Source of the DNA: Nymphaea colorata
Taxonomy: Eukaryota
Reading direction: 5' to 3'
Length of the DNA stretch: 64,000 bases
Assembly (NCBI RefSeq): GCF_008831285.2
Contig: NC_045138.2
Span: 22,134,001 to 22,198,000 of the forward strand
In this document: piece by piece, positions 28,681 to 41,600 of the stretch
How the letters are laid out: each line of letters starts with the position of its first letter
Position numbering within the stretch: the stretch's first letter is position 1
Notes under the pieces: generated by a model
The model's database searches: none
What the model saw: only the letters and a program-made list of their open reading frames with translations
Told to the model about the DNA's origin: nothing
Program-made: the position numbers and the translations under genes

Positions 28681-29865
28681 CGTGCTTTCTTTTTCTATTT
28701 TTAGAGGCCATTTAGGCAAACGAAACAATTTGTAATTGCTACTTTGAGGTAGATTCATAGAATGCTTTTTAATGTGTTTCATGAATCTTCTTCAATATTT
28801 ATTATTTCATTCACGAAACAAACCGGTTATAGAACCCCTTATAAAGGTAACAGCCGAGATGATTTTTTAAAAGACAAAAATGCCCCTACTCACCTGAAAT
28901 AGAAAGGGCTTTGGTTCTCGCTGAAATAGAAAAATTAATCCTTCTACTCACCCGAAAGCAAGGTCATATTAGTACATTTTCTACCAACGCTGAGCCTTTG
29001 TTTCATCGTATGAACCATAAAGTTTTCGGAAGTTTCATTCCACCACACAACACCCCTTCCTTGAAAAAACGCCCTTTATTAAGAAAGAGAAAGAACAAGA
29101 AAGAAAAAAAAAAAGAAGGAGGTCAATGTAATAATGAAAAGATAGCATGTTGCTTCTAAAAACAGCTGGTCAGCTGGCCACTACAAGGCGCAGCTGCGGA
29201 GATGTTTCCTGTGAAAGTTATGGACAAACAAACTTTTGATTAATTTCGGTCTCATCCGATTTGAAATTAGGTCTAACGACATCCCCGATTCTTCCGCCCC
29301 ACCACACACACACACATATATATATATATATGTTATATGTAAATGGAATGTATGGGCGGAGGGAGAAGGAGAATTTTGTACTAAAATTCGAGCAACAGAT
29401 GCAAATTTAAATGACTCGATAAAACATTCATGGAAACAAGTTGGATTCTGCCACCCTCACTATTTAAATAAATAATTTTAATTGAAAATTTTATATATTT
29501 ACAAAAAGCATGAAACATGTAAATGCATGGGGTAAAAGTATTAGCTGCGGGGATTTACAACTCCAAGCCACGATCAAGTTTCTTAATTGATGTTTCATGA
29601 TGAAAGAAAATTTTCTCTTTCATATGTAATGAAACAAAATCAGAGCCATCGTGTGCTCGTATACTATTTCAAGCAAAATGTAAACATTAGGGTTCTTACA
29701 AAAGTTCCAGCTTATTTCAACTTTACACACACACACATGCACATATGTATTTTATAGGATTTTTGGAATTCAGTTTTCGACCTTTGCAGCACACTAAGCA
29801 AAGTATTTAATTGACCGATGCAATGTCGGTGATTAATCAAAGTACAAATAGCCATAAGATTTCAC

Positions 29866-29868
<3 letters not shown>

Positions 29869-29929
<61 letters not shown>
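29869..29929. repeat. (AT)n-(AG)n compound microsatellite
   Basis: Directly visible. Other long (AT)n tracts lie near 25123, 26727, 27966, 34526, 56332, 59198 and 60884. Confidence 0.9.
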
Positions 29930-29931
<2 letters not shown>

Positions 29932-31334
29932 CTTTTGTCACCCACTCGGACCCGGAAACCATGGTGATTCGCTAGAGTCTTCCATTTGTGTGGGTCAGTC
30001 ACATCTTACGGCAGCTAGATGATGTAACACGAGAGGCATCATCAGCCCCTTGGAAGTCCACCGCTAATCAAGCTCCATTCCTTCCAAGAAGACGAAAGGA
30101 AAGAGCCGAGCGCGATGGCGTCCGGACAATTTTCCGAGAGCGTGCGTTTGACGTTCGGGTTGATTTCCTGGTACGAATTCGTCCCTTATCTACGGAACGT
30201 GTTCAATCCATTGACCCACTTTCCTTTTTCCTGCCGAATTATTCGCGGCAGTTTTTTATTTTGTGTAAGTTGAATGGTGCATTATTTTCTCATAGAGTTC
30301 GGAATTCGAATTCACTCGCACAAAAATTGGATGCGTCAAATTTCTGAGCTTCACTTCTGTTAATGGTTATTAAATAAGGGTTTTTTTTTTTATTTTAATT
30401 TTCTAATGTTCGTATAAGGCGGAAATTTGTAGACCGAAAACATCTGCCAATTCTTTTTTCTCGAGTGTGCTCTTGAGTTTGAGAAAGTTTATTTATTTAG
30501 TTTGAAAAATAACATAAAAAATTATATCCAGTTTTGCAAATACGGCTAAGGTAACTTTCAAAGGTTATGAAAAAAAAATACTTATGATATTAATAGAAAT
30601 TAATTTGATCATATTATGTGGTAAGTTAAAGTGGCTAATACAAGTTAAGAAACATTTTGTTTGTCTTGAAAATATTTTGGTCGTTTTATCTCATTAACCC
30701 AACTTGATTTAGTCATAATCTAAAACTTAATTAGCCAAAAGTTATCTTTCTTTTTTAATACAGCAAAACTTAAGCGTTAGCTTTTGTCTTTCATTATTGT
30801 CAAATCTTTAAGTGTGCTTATCAAAATTTTCTTAATTAAGGGAACTGAAAAAAAAAAAACCTAAGGGGCCTAACATAGTAGATAGAAGTATCAATATATC
30901 TAATTTCGATTGAATATCCAACCGAACCATTTCATAAGAATAAGATATGGAAAAAAGTTTAATATGCAATTAAAAAATCAGATGATATATGAAATGACAT
31001 TCAATCAAATTCAGATTTAAACATGCATAAATATTGATCTGATTCAGATTCAGATTCAGTTTCAGATCAAATTTAGTTTTTAAATAAATATTTTATATCC
31101 AATATTTTTTATATTTTGAAAATCAGCATATTTTGTTCAAAATTTCGATTCAGATTCAGTAAACTCAGATTTGGATTTGGATATGGCTTTTTTAATTTGT
31201 ATTAGAATGATGTAAATATCTGAAATTACAGAGATATAATTAAGGGCATATCCAGAGCCCTTATCAAAGAATGAAGAAAGATGAGGCCTGTTTTGAAATT
31301 ATAAATTACAAAAATGGTTCGCGGTCATTACGCT

Positions 31335-31513
31335 ACGCGGAGAAGAATGGAAAAAAAAAATCCAGCTGCCCCTTTCACAAACAAGAGGCCGCGGAAACAG
31401 CTTGCGCCTTGGATTGCTTTGCTTTGATACCGACCCAAACGCTGAATATCCGCCACGGTATCTCGCTTTCTCACTCTTCCATACATATCTCCACTGTATG
31501 TTTACATATAAAT
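31335..31513 (+). promoter_or_regulatory. Putative CML promoter: CGCG boxes and TATA box
   Basis: ACGCGG at 31335-31340 and CCGCGG at 31389-31394 (CAMTA-type vCGCGb); TATAAAT at 31507-31513, about 310 nt upstream of the ATG. Confidence 0.5.
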
Positions 31514-31822
31514 ACATGTGCTTCGGTTTCTTTCTTCAACGATCAATCGCTCAGAAAACACTTTGCTGCAAGATCATTTCCGTCGCCTGACAAATCTTTT
31601 CATCACCGTCAAGAAGATAAAGAGATATCGAGAAATTAAAGCTGCCTTTGCTGGTTTCTATCCTTTCTCTTCTTCTTCAAGAGCCTTATCGGATACCAAG
31701 TCGGCCAAAGCCCTCGTAATTCGCACTCCAGTTCTTGTTTTCAAGGGCTTTTTAAGAGTGCTTCCTTGATCAACCAGAAAAAGAAGCGCCATCTTCTTCA
31801 TTTTCTTCTTGGGAAGCATAGA

Positions 31823-32422
31823 ATGCAGGAGCAGGGAAGTCCAAGCAAGCCCAAGTCGCCGCTTCGACGTTTTTGTGAGAAAATTTTCCCTAATGGCGCC
31901 AAAGCCGATCGGGAACAAACTTCGGGGACACCCTCCGTGTCTCCAAAGCGAAGCGATTGTTCTTCGCCGGCGAGAAGGTCCGGCGACCTGGAGCGTGTGT
32001 TTGGCTTCTTCGACAGTGACGGAGACGGGAGAATATCGCCGGCAGAGCTCAGGAGCTGCATGCGGACGATGGGGGAAGACTGGACGGAGGAGGAGGCGAC
32101 GACCGCGCTTGGGTTCATCGACGCCGACGGCGATGGCTACGTGGGATTCGATGACTTCGTGAGGCTGATGGCGGACGGGAGGGGGGAAGAGGCGGGAGGG
32201 TCGGGTGGGGAGTCAAGGCAGAGGGAGGACATAAGGGCGGCGTTCTCCATGTATGCCGTCGAGGGCAGGGAGTGCATAACGCCCAGGAGCTTGAGGAGGA
32301 TGCTCAAGCGGCTGGGAGATTCCAGAAGCGTGGCGGAGTGCAGGGCAATGATCAGGCGGTTCGACATCAATGGCGATGGCGTCCTTAGCTTGGAGGAATT
32401 CAACCACATGATGATGGCCTGA
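31823..32422 (+). CDS. CML: Calmodulin-like calcium-binding protein (CML37/38/41-like clade), intronless, 199 aa
   Basis: First in-frame ATG at 31823. EF loops [24 protein letters not shown], degenerate [12 protein letters not shown] and [12 protein letters not shown], plus a Ser/Pro-rich N-terminal extension. The exact CML number cannot be assigned. Confidence 0.93.
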   Translation: MQEQGSPSKPKSPLRRFCEKIFPNGAKADREQTSGTPSVSPKRSDCSSPARRSGDLERVFGFFDSDGDGRISPAELRSCMRTMGEDWTEEEATTALGFIDADGDGYVGFDDFVRLMADGRGEEAGGSGGESRQREDIRAAFSMYAVEGRECITPRSLRRMLKRLGDSRSVAECRAMIRRFDINGDGVLSLEEFNHMMMA

Positions 32423-34525
32423 AACTGCTACCCATCTTCGGCGCGCCCATTAGCTCTGTCGTAGTGCTGTACAGGAAAACCACTTCTGGCTTGTGATTGG
32501 TCACCGCCATTAGAGGTGCAATGACGATGACCAATTGACCATGGTGAGACTTTTCAAAAAGGGGACCTGCGCAGCAGATTGTGAGGGTCACCGTTCATTC
32601 TTTCTCTCATCATCTCTTCACTCTTGGAAAAGGTGGGAAGAGAACGATGGGGCTAAATGTTTTGACTGGTGAATGAAAGCGACGACGGCAGTTGCTTCCA
32701 AATGTGATATTTTTTAGCTTCTGAAGGATAAACTCTTGTGAATGGCATTGGTTTTTTTCATTTTTCTCTTCAATATATGTTAATAAAAACAAAGACAGCA
32801 ATGTGTGGCCTGGCCGTCACAATTCTTTTTTAGCGTTTTGTGGTTGAGCGCGATGTTTACAACCCACCATTTGGAAAAGGGCCGGAGGCCCGAAAGATCT
32901 CCCGTTCTTTCTGTAGCCGGAGACCGGAAAGATCTCCTGTTCTTCCTGTTTTCCGGTCTCAAATGATGCAGGTTCAACTTAAGTACCATGTGCTTCTCCA
33001 ATTAAGATGCCGAAACATAATGCCTACATGAATCATCAAACTAGAAACATAAGCGTTTTATACGCCTTATCCAAATCAAATCGGACATACCATACCCCTT
33101 AGGCATATTCTTTTACCAAACACCTTTTTGAGCAAGCAATCGAATGTTCTCCCTTCCTATCACATAGGAACGCTTCAATTTTTGCGGCTGTATCGCGTTC
33201 TTCGTACGCATCGTTTTTGACGAAAAACTGCACAAAAAATATTAGCTACCCCGTATTACCTTTTTGACAATTTCATACTAATTTGGTAGTTGCAAAATTT
33301 GTAGTAAAGGCGATGCTTTAGCAAAATGTATCATCATCATCAAACCATTTAACATTATTAGATTTAAGGTAGCAATTTAGGATCCTAAAGAGGAATTAGA
33401 AGCAGGGCGTATGATTTTCGTCTAGCTTAAGCTCCATAATGAGCATGACAAAGAGAAATGGCCAAGGGATTTAGGAAAGCAAACAGGACTATATTTGATT
33501 CATCTAGGAGCAGAAAACAAAACAAGTAACAGAAGACAGATGATGCATGAAAGGTCAAACCCAACAGGTTTTTATTGCATAAATCTGGATCCTACCGCAT
33601 AGATCCTTACATTTTGGGTATGAACAATGGAGATCCAAAGTTATGAGTCAAGACACCAATGGACTGTAGGAGCTTTGCCATGGGCTCTTCATCAGCATCA
33701 CCTGTAATGTAGACAAAACATCGGATTTTACTACTGTGAAATAGAGAATTTGAGATCCTCGGACCTCAGATCCAACGCTATCAAATGCCTTTAGAAATGG
33801 TTCATTCTCTTTAAGAAGAAGAACTAATTTTTGGCACTCAAATTTGTAAATTGGTGCCGGACAATCATAATATTATACAACTTTTATATCATATTGCCGT
33901 AGTCGCCTGATAATATACAACAGAAATTTATAGATTTAGAACACATCACACTTCATCCGGATAGTTCAGGTCTGTTGAAATATTAACAAACACCTATGCA
34001 TGACTGATTCCTCAACTCCCATTCTAAACTGCTCCATTTTCTGCTGTTACACATGCTTTTCTCTTTTGAAGTTAAGCATTCGAGACAGTAAATATGTTGT
34101 GATAGGTCATATTTTCACCAGGCCCGTTATTGATGAACACATTTGCATGCCCAGCTTTACATTTGAACCGAGCGTTAAAGAGATTGTTTGCCAATCTTAA
34201 CACATGATGGATGGAAAGAAGATTATTCATATCGCCACCATCATTTTGGATAACATTCTCATGACCTAAACTATTCTTCAGGGGCCTTTTATACGCATGG
34301 AAAAAGGTCTTTTGTAGAATTTTTTTTCCAAAAAATTCAAAATTATTTTTCATAGGCATCAAACGTGCTTTTTTATCTCGAATCCGGAGTGGATTCAGGA
34401 AAAATTTACAAAAAAAAGTTGAATCATTCCATCTTTGGAAGAACATGATTGTCTTCGCCAGAAACTAGTTCATCATTTGCGGATAGTCGTAGTCAGCATT
34501 TACAACAATTTCTTTGGTCATTGTG

Positions 34526-34572
<47 letters not shown>

Positions 34573-35651
34573 CATCTTATTCATGAAGACCATAGACCAT
34601 CCGATCTATGGTGATTGATGGTTGAAAGAACTTATCATATTTTTTCCTTGTTTTTCTTTTTACTGTTCATCTTGATGGATCAAATGACCCTTTTAAGTGA
34701 GCTGAGAAACTCTAAAATTTAAATACTTAAAAAACACGATTTATTTGTCTATATATGTAGTCAATTCTGCCGGATACTAGATGGTAAACATTTATCACCA
34801 AATGGGCATTAAGTGGCCCCTCAGGGCACCATAAAGGGTCTCCACATCCGAAACCGTTATTAATGCCAATATAATGAGTTTTTTAGTAAAAATTTTAAAA
34901 TTTGTTTTTGGCAAGATTGAATGCTTACAAACACATATAGAGGGAGAAAAAGAAAGAGAGAAGTCAGTTTTACTTCAAATTAGTGTTTATATTTCATGAA
35001 AATTTCCCTCTCAAAAGTAAAATATTCTTTCCATCTCACGTAACTTTTTCATCAGTCACTAGTCGTAACACAAAGAAGGCACAAGATAATCTTAGTTGAG
35101 TAGGCCCTCCAGCCAGCAAGCGCCGTTGCTTTTTTATTTTTAAAGATAATCTCAGTTAGCGGATAAATATGTCATCTATTCATTTTAATATATTTTTTAA
35201 GTATAAGCGGTTGATGATGATGGAGAGCAGGTGATTGAGCTTCTTACTGTCGAAAGACATAACAAACAATCCCATTTATTATAGATCTTTGTAAACATAT
35301 TGAATGTCCAGCGGGCCATTGTAATTTTCTCAGTAACAATTCTCTCTCCATGTTTATGAGCTCAACGAGAAGAGTGGAATGAAAATTTGATCTAACAGAA
35401 GTTCGGCTGCGTCTCGAAACGTCGATCCCCACAGCCAGCATGGGCTCCACGTCCAAACCGATGGAACTGTTAAACATGAAAGAAAATTACGTGTCCTCTT
35501 CCTTCATTCAAAGCTTCCAACTACCTCCAAGCGAGCATCTTCCAACTCCCTCATCTAAACTCAGAGATGATAGCGTTTCCACACTGCCAAGTTCTCTTTC
35601 CTCTCCTCTCCTCCCCTCCCGCAAAAAACTGACAAAGGCCAAAAGAAGAAG

Positions 35652-38600
35652 ATGAGCCGGAAGGTCTTCCTTCTTTTCCTTCACATCTTCTTCCTCCAAC
35701 ATCTCACCTCAAAATCCGAGCACTCACCATCTTTGGTTTCTAGAATTTCCTTCGGCTCCTGCTCTAATCAAAGTGCTCCTCAGGTATGCCAAGAAGACGA
35801 ATCTTTGTTATGGCTTTCTTCTTTCTTTTCCTCTTACAGGTGAAGAGTGCCAAAAGGATGAATAGTCTTATGAGTCTTATCGGCTGTTTCTTGTTCTTCT
35901 CTTCCCGTGGTTTTTGGCAGCCCATATGGGATGCAATCATTAAATTCGATCCACAAGTTTTCATATGGTTGGGGGACAACATCTACGGAGACAACAGGCG
36001 ACCCTTCTCAATCTTCGGCAGGGTGAGGACAATAGGTCCTTGGAAGAATGCGGAGAGGTTTTTCCCAAGCTCGGAGTTGGAAATGAGGTACAGATACCAA
36101 CAAGCTAAGAGCAATCCCGGCTACTCTGCCGTTCGCCGAAAAGCACGGGTACGTAAATTTCATTGGTGCCTGATCCCTGTCTGGGCTGAGATCTTCTCCT
36201 CGTGATGTTTCTCATTGGTTCGCTCAATCACATCATTTAGTTGTATTAATGCTTCCATTCCGTGCCCATCACATAGACACTGCACCAACTTCAAATTCTC
36301 TTAGTTTTAGATTTAATTATGGTGCATTGATCTAGAATTATGTGCGGTGCGTTGGCAGGTGCTTATCAGCACTTGACAATTGCAATTTGCAAGAGAACTA
36401 TCCCTTGTTTAGCTTTACATCTTATTTCTTGCTTCGGAAAAGTGGATTCTTCGAAAGTCGCAATTAAGATGAACCCGTTTTTAGCTTTATGCAGGTTATC
36501 GGCACGTGGGATGATCATGATTACGGATTGAATAATGCAGGAAAAGAATTTCCAGGGAAGGATATTAACCAGAAGCTGATGTTGGATTTTCTAGATGAGC
36601 CTCAGAATAGCCCAAGGTGGGTTTCAGTACTTGCTGAGGGATTTAACAAAGTGATCTCGTTCCTTTTGAATTTTAACCATTATTGCCAAGTTATATAATT
36701 CCACTTCTCAATGTTGCCACTGTAATCGTTTGAATTCTTGCATCGCTTGAAAGCAGCAGTTGAATAAGCTTGCAACTGCTGTAGCTTCATTCGTCTACTA
36801 GAGCATCCTTTCTTTTTTTGACAGCCAACTGTATTTCATTCATCTAGTAGCTTAATGTAGAGCAGGACGTGCTTGAATGAATCTCCCAAATGTATTTTCA
36901 TAGTTAATGGTTTCTCTTAAAATGCGGAAATTCTGAACGCTCTCTTGCAGCCCATTAAGGAAAACCAATTAGCAGACAAAGGGAGGATATCCAAGCAATG
37001 CCAGAATCTGTCAGAAAATACTTACTACTAAGCTGTTATACATTCACAACAATTTCTCTTACTGACATTATCATCATGGAACCCAAAAATAAGTGAATAT
37101 TTTATTATGACAATTTACTGATACAACCATGAATACATGGTTGTATTACGTTTTTGATCACTCAAAAAATAAGTATCAACAATCCAAGTTTGTGGGCAAA
37201 TATCTGATGCATATAGATAACTATTGATTTTTGATCCTCCATCAAGAAGCTTATGACTAATCATATTATAGAAAACTTCTTTTGCCAAGTGGAAGTTGGA
37301 ACACTTTTGTATTGAGTACATTCACTGGCTTCTCTAATTGATCATAGTTTTTTGTTATATTTACAAGCTTAAAGAACAGAGACCGAGGTATCAGTATATG
37401 TGTTAGCATGTGCATGAACATTTAGACCTGAATGCCCTGATTCAATATCATAATGACTATTCATTAATTTTATCCCTCAAGGTTTTTGGGCCTGAAGGTA
37501 AATTTGACATTACCACTTATCAATTTTGGGTATGTTTCACATAGTTGTTCTTCATGTATACTGATAATCTTGTATGGTGGTTTTAATTGTTGTCATCTCT
37601 GGAACTGAATTTAATGTGCTTGTGATTGTGTCCCTCGTGTAGGCGTAAGCAGGCTGGTGTATATGCTTCATATGTATTTGGTCCCCAAGGAAGGCAAATC
37701 AAGGTAGGCCAATACTATATATCCTGAAGTCCTGCAAATGGTGTAAAAAAAAAAGATGTTGGAAGCAACACCCTTTGGTTGCTCTTAAATATTTTGGAAG
37801 TATTTTTGTTCATGGGCTACATTCTTTCTTGTGTGCACAAGTTTTTTAAAGGTAATCTAGTGACCAACAAACAGTTTATTTGTTTCAAATATCTGGGGGA
37901 TAGGACAAATAAAGGTGCTTTGCATTTCATGATATGGCGCATGTTCCATTTCAGATTATTTTGCTGGATACAAGATACCACAGAGATCCTATTTCTAGTG
38001 ATGGGAGCATGTTGGGGAGTTCACAATGGATTTGGTTAGAAAATGAATTGAATTCTTCTCCAACAGAGATTACCATTATTGCCTCTTCTATTCAGGTATG
38101 TAAGAGTTCAAGGATTAAAGCTTTGTCTGCTCTTATTGGAAAACTGGTAAGTATAATCCGATTTATGGAATTTGGTTTGACTTATTGGTTTACATTCTTT
38201 GTAGTTGTTTCTTCACTTCATACTTTTTTTAAAATTTTGTGGTAACTGTAATTTGGTGCCAGCTTATTATATTTTTTGTTCACAGCAACTTGGACTTGTA
38301 TCATTTGAATTTCTTTTAGCGTATACATTAAATCTCTTGGTGCCTATGCCCCATCAAACTGCTTAATTTTGTAATGTCTACCAAGGTGTGTTCAACCAAG
38401 GCTTTTTCTAACACCTTTTGTGCATTTATGTGCTAATTCAATCCAGTGCTTAATGGTGCTGTTTGAAAAAAGGAACCATGCTTCTTTTGTTTTTGAAATC
38501 TTTCTTCAAGAATTTCTTCCTTGACATGAGCTGCTGAGACTAGGTCTACTCCATTTATTTATTATATAAGAATACAAAAGGGTGCTGAAGGTTATGACTT

Positions 38601-41600
38601 ACACCCTTCATCTAAAATAGAAACTGATCTGTTCCATGCCTAATTAGCTAAGATTTCTTATAATGCCAGGATTGAAATTCCCCTTGAAGCCCCTATTCAT
38701 TCATCTAATTCGGGTCATTTAGTAAATAAAAGTTCTAAAGTTTCAAAAGCAGTATTCTAGCCAGATAACACTAAATATTTATTCAGGCTCCTAATATATA
38801 TCTGATTCTGCAGCTGCAGATGACATGTTATGTGTTTGGACATGACAATATGAAAAAAATTGTGTGTTTGAATTGCATATTTATATATTAGTAACTCGTA
38901 GACATTTAGTTGTTTACAAACTGCTTGCCCCTTAAAAGATACAATTTAAAGTATTACTGCCCTTCAGTCAGAAATTCCTAGCTCTGCTATTGTAATATAA
39001 ATAAATAAATAAATAAATAGACATATATATAATTGATAATATAATTTCATTAAATTAAAATTAAAAATGATGACGAACATGGGTGTGGCAGTCTTCCTCA
39101 CATGCCCATGCTATATAGCTGTTGTGTTAAGCTTCTTGATGTTAGCAAACCCTGCTCTACTTTTTGTTCAGGAGGTAGCTTCATGAATTAACATGCCCTC
39201 ATCCCTGCTTGCAATCATTGTGGCAGTAGATTCACTTGTATTATGTCTGCCAGAGAACAAATAGATCTTCTGTTAAAAATATACAAAATAGCAATTTGAA
39301 TTTCCAAATGAGCATCCGTCTCCAACTCCATGGTCAGTGTTATACTGTTATGTCATACATGATCCATAACTGCAGTTGATTTTCTATGTCATGAGTCCAC
39401 TGAATTTTTGAGTACCAATAGAAAATAAACCTTACACTTTTTATTGCATCAATCACTGTCATCTTCTCATGAGCACTAGCCTTTCTCCAATGCCACAGTT
39501 TTGACACAACCATCATCATTTCCTCAACTGTATATCGATAATTATACATGTCCCAACAAATAAGCTGCTCCTTCAGCGATTATTTAGGGTTCCATTTCTT
39601 GTAAAGTTTAGAGCATAAAGATTTCCAAAACTCAAGTATCACATTCTAAATAAGAATATGGTTCTCAATAGAAGTGAACAGTTTGTTTTGTTCATCTGGA
39701 ATACAGACGGACATCTGATATATCAAACTTCCTACTAGTTGTCTTTAAATGTCAACCAGATTAGAGGAATCACTGGTCTGCTTTCCATTCTCTGCAGATC
39801 TGGTTCAGGTCTTTCCTTACATGGTATATGTGCGAAGACATTGCTGGGAAATTGAGATAGCTGTTTTTCACTTACTGGTGTTGTTTTCTCTCCTTTGTCA
39901 TGGTTCTCTCATTTTATCATGGAATATTTTAGCTTAAACATGTGTCAATTTTGGTCTTTGCGTTGCTGAGATACTTTTTTTTCCTGTTTATTTGTGCTCT
40001 GCAGTATCCTATTCAGTGTTTCCTTAATTTTGACCCATTTTTTCCTTTCAAATTTTCTTTTATGTGTTGTAACTATTTGGTTTACTGTTAGCCACTGCCA
40101 ACCTTAATAGGCCCTTACAAGAGAAATCCCCAAATACACACGCACACACTCAGCCCTAATCTCCAGATTAGGGTTTCTCCTCCTAGAGGAACACCTGATA
40201 TGTTCTGTGATAAGCCCTGTTCTGGTCTACCAACCCTATTTATAGAGGTCAATGGGTCAGTCCAATGGACCCGACCCAGGATCCCATATCCGGTATCTAA
40301 CAATACTCTCCCTTTCAAGAAAACACCTTTTTCTGAAGGTGTGAACCTGGAAGGTTTGGAAAATTGTCCTCAAGGTGTGAGCATCGAGGGTGATTGCAGG
40401 CTGAGTCAAATCCTCCACAAATCTGTTGATGTTCTCTCTCCTAACTTCTGTGCTGGCCTTGAATGGCTCATTCTTTCCACATTGTAAAGTGATTGATGAA
40501 CTCATGAGGCCTGATATTTTTGTTCCCATCCCTTTCCCGCCTTGGTGTAAGTAAGCTAAAGGCCCTTCTTGTTGTGGCCCCTTCAAGGGCACTCAAACTT
40601 GCTGCAAAAGTCAGATTTGGTAACTTAAATATGAGCCTCAGGACAAGGTCAGGAATAGCCATTGGGTCCACGGGATGTCCTGTATACTTCTCCATGTGAT
40701 CTTGTAGAGCTATAGAGTGGATGATGAGATGTCCTTTTTGTCATATATGGACGGTCTGTAATTGGCCTGGCCCATGTGATCCTCCAAAATAAACAGGCTG
40801 ATGTTAGAACTGCAATAGTTTCTTAGAATGGTGAGTCGGTGACGTTTCTATTCAGCCATTTGTCCGTGAAGCCCATATGCCTTGAGTCCTTTGCAGACCC
40901 ACTTGTCTGGTGTAACATAGGTATATAAGCCCTTGCCCTTAACCGAAGGTATTGAAAGTATACTGTACCATTCTTTGCATCGAAAATTGGATACGTGCAA
41001 GCAAAACTCAAGCATTTTACCCCAGGATTTTCTTGGAGTGGGTTGATCAGGCTGCGTCCCATTCATTGGCTTCGAAACTGATTTTAGTCCTTCAACCTAC
41101 CACGTGAGTCACCCCATCAGTACACAACCATTTACCGCCTTCATGTTAGTAACGAGAACTGGGAGAATGAAATCTTTCCTCGCAGCAGGATCATCACCTC
41201 TTAGCTTGATTCCACAACATTGCAGGATTGTCATGATGGCTGTTACATCCAGTTCCATAATGTGTTTGCTCAAAACAGACGGAAGGTCATATATTAATTC
41301 ATTGGAACAAAACCCAAAGATGCATAACTGTGACAAAAACAGGGCAAGATTTCATAAAGAGAGGCCATCTTCTTTCATGTACTCCTCCTCAAAGGTTTTA
41401 GCGATTGAAGCAATAATCTTTGTCCCAAAATCAATGCCAATGCCATTTCTGCAATGAATGCTGCAAAGACAGCAGCATACTGATCATTACCCCATGGACC
41501 GCTGGAACAAGAAGCCAACACCTGCTCACTAACCATCTGAGTGCCTCTATTACGGCCAAATGATTGAACAGTTACTGATACATCATTAGCAATTGACTCA

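Noticed and set aside
31766..31822. N-terminal extension of the CML from a TTG start
   Set aside because: An artefact of the ORF caller's alternative starts; the first ATG is at 31823.
33103..33110. P1BS phosphate-starvation element (GCATATTC) upstream of the PhoD-like gene
   Set aside because: A single degenerate 8-mer 2.5 kb from the ATG; similar matches occur elsewhere in the window by chance.
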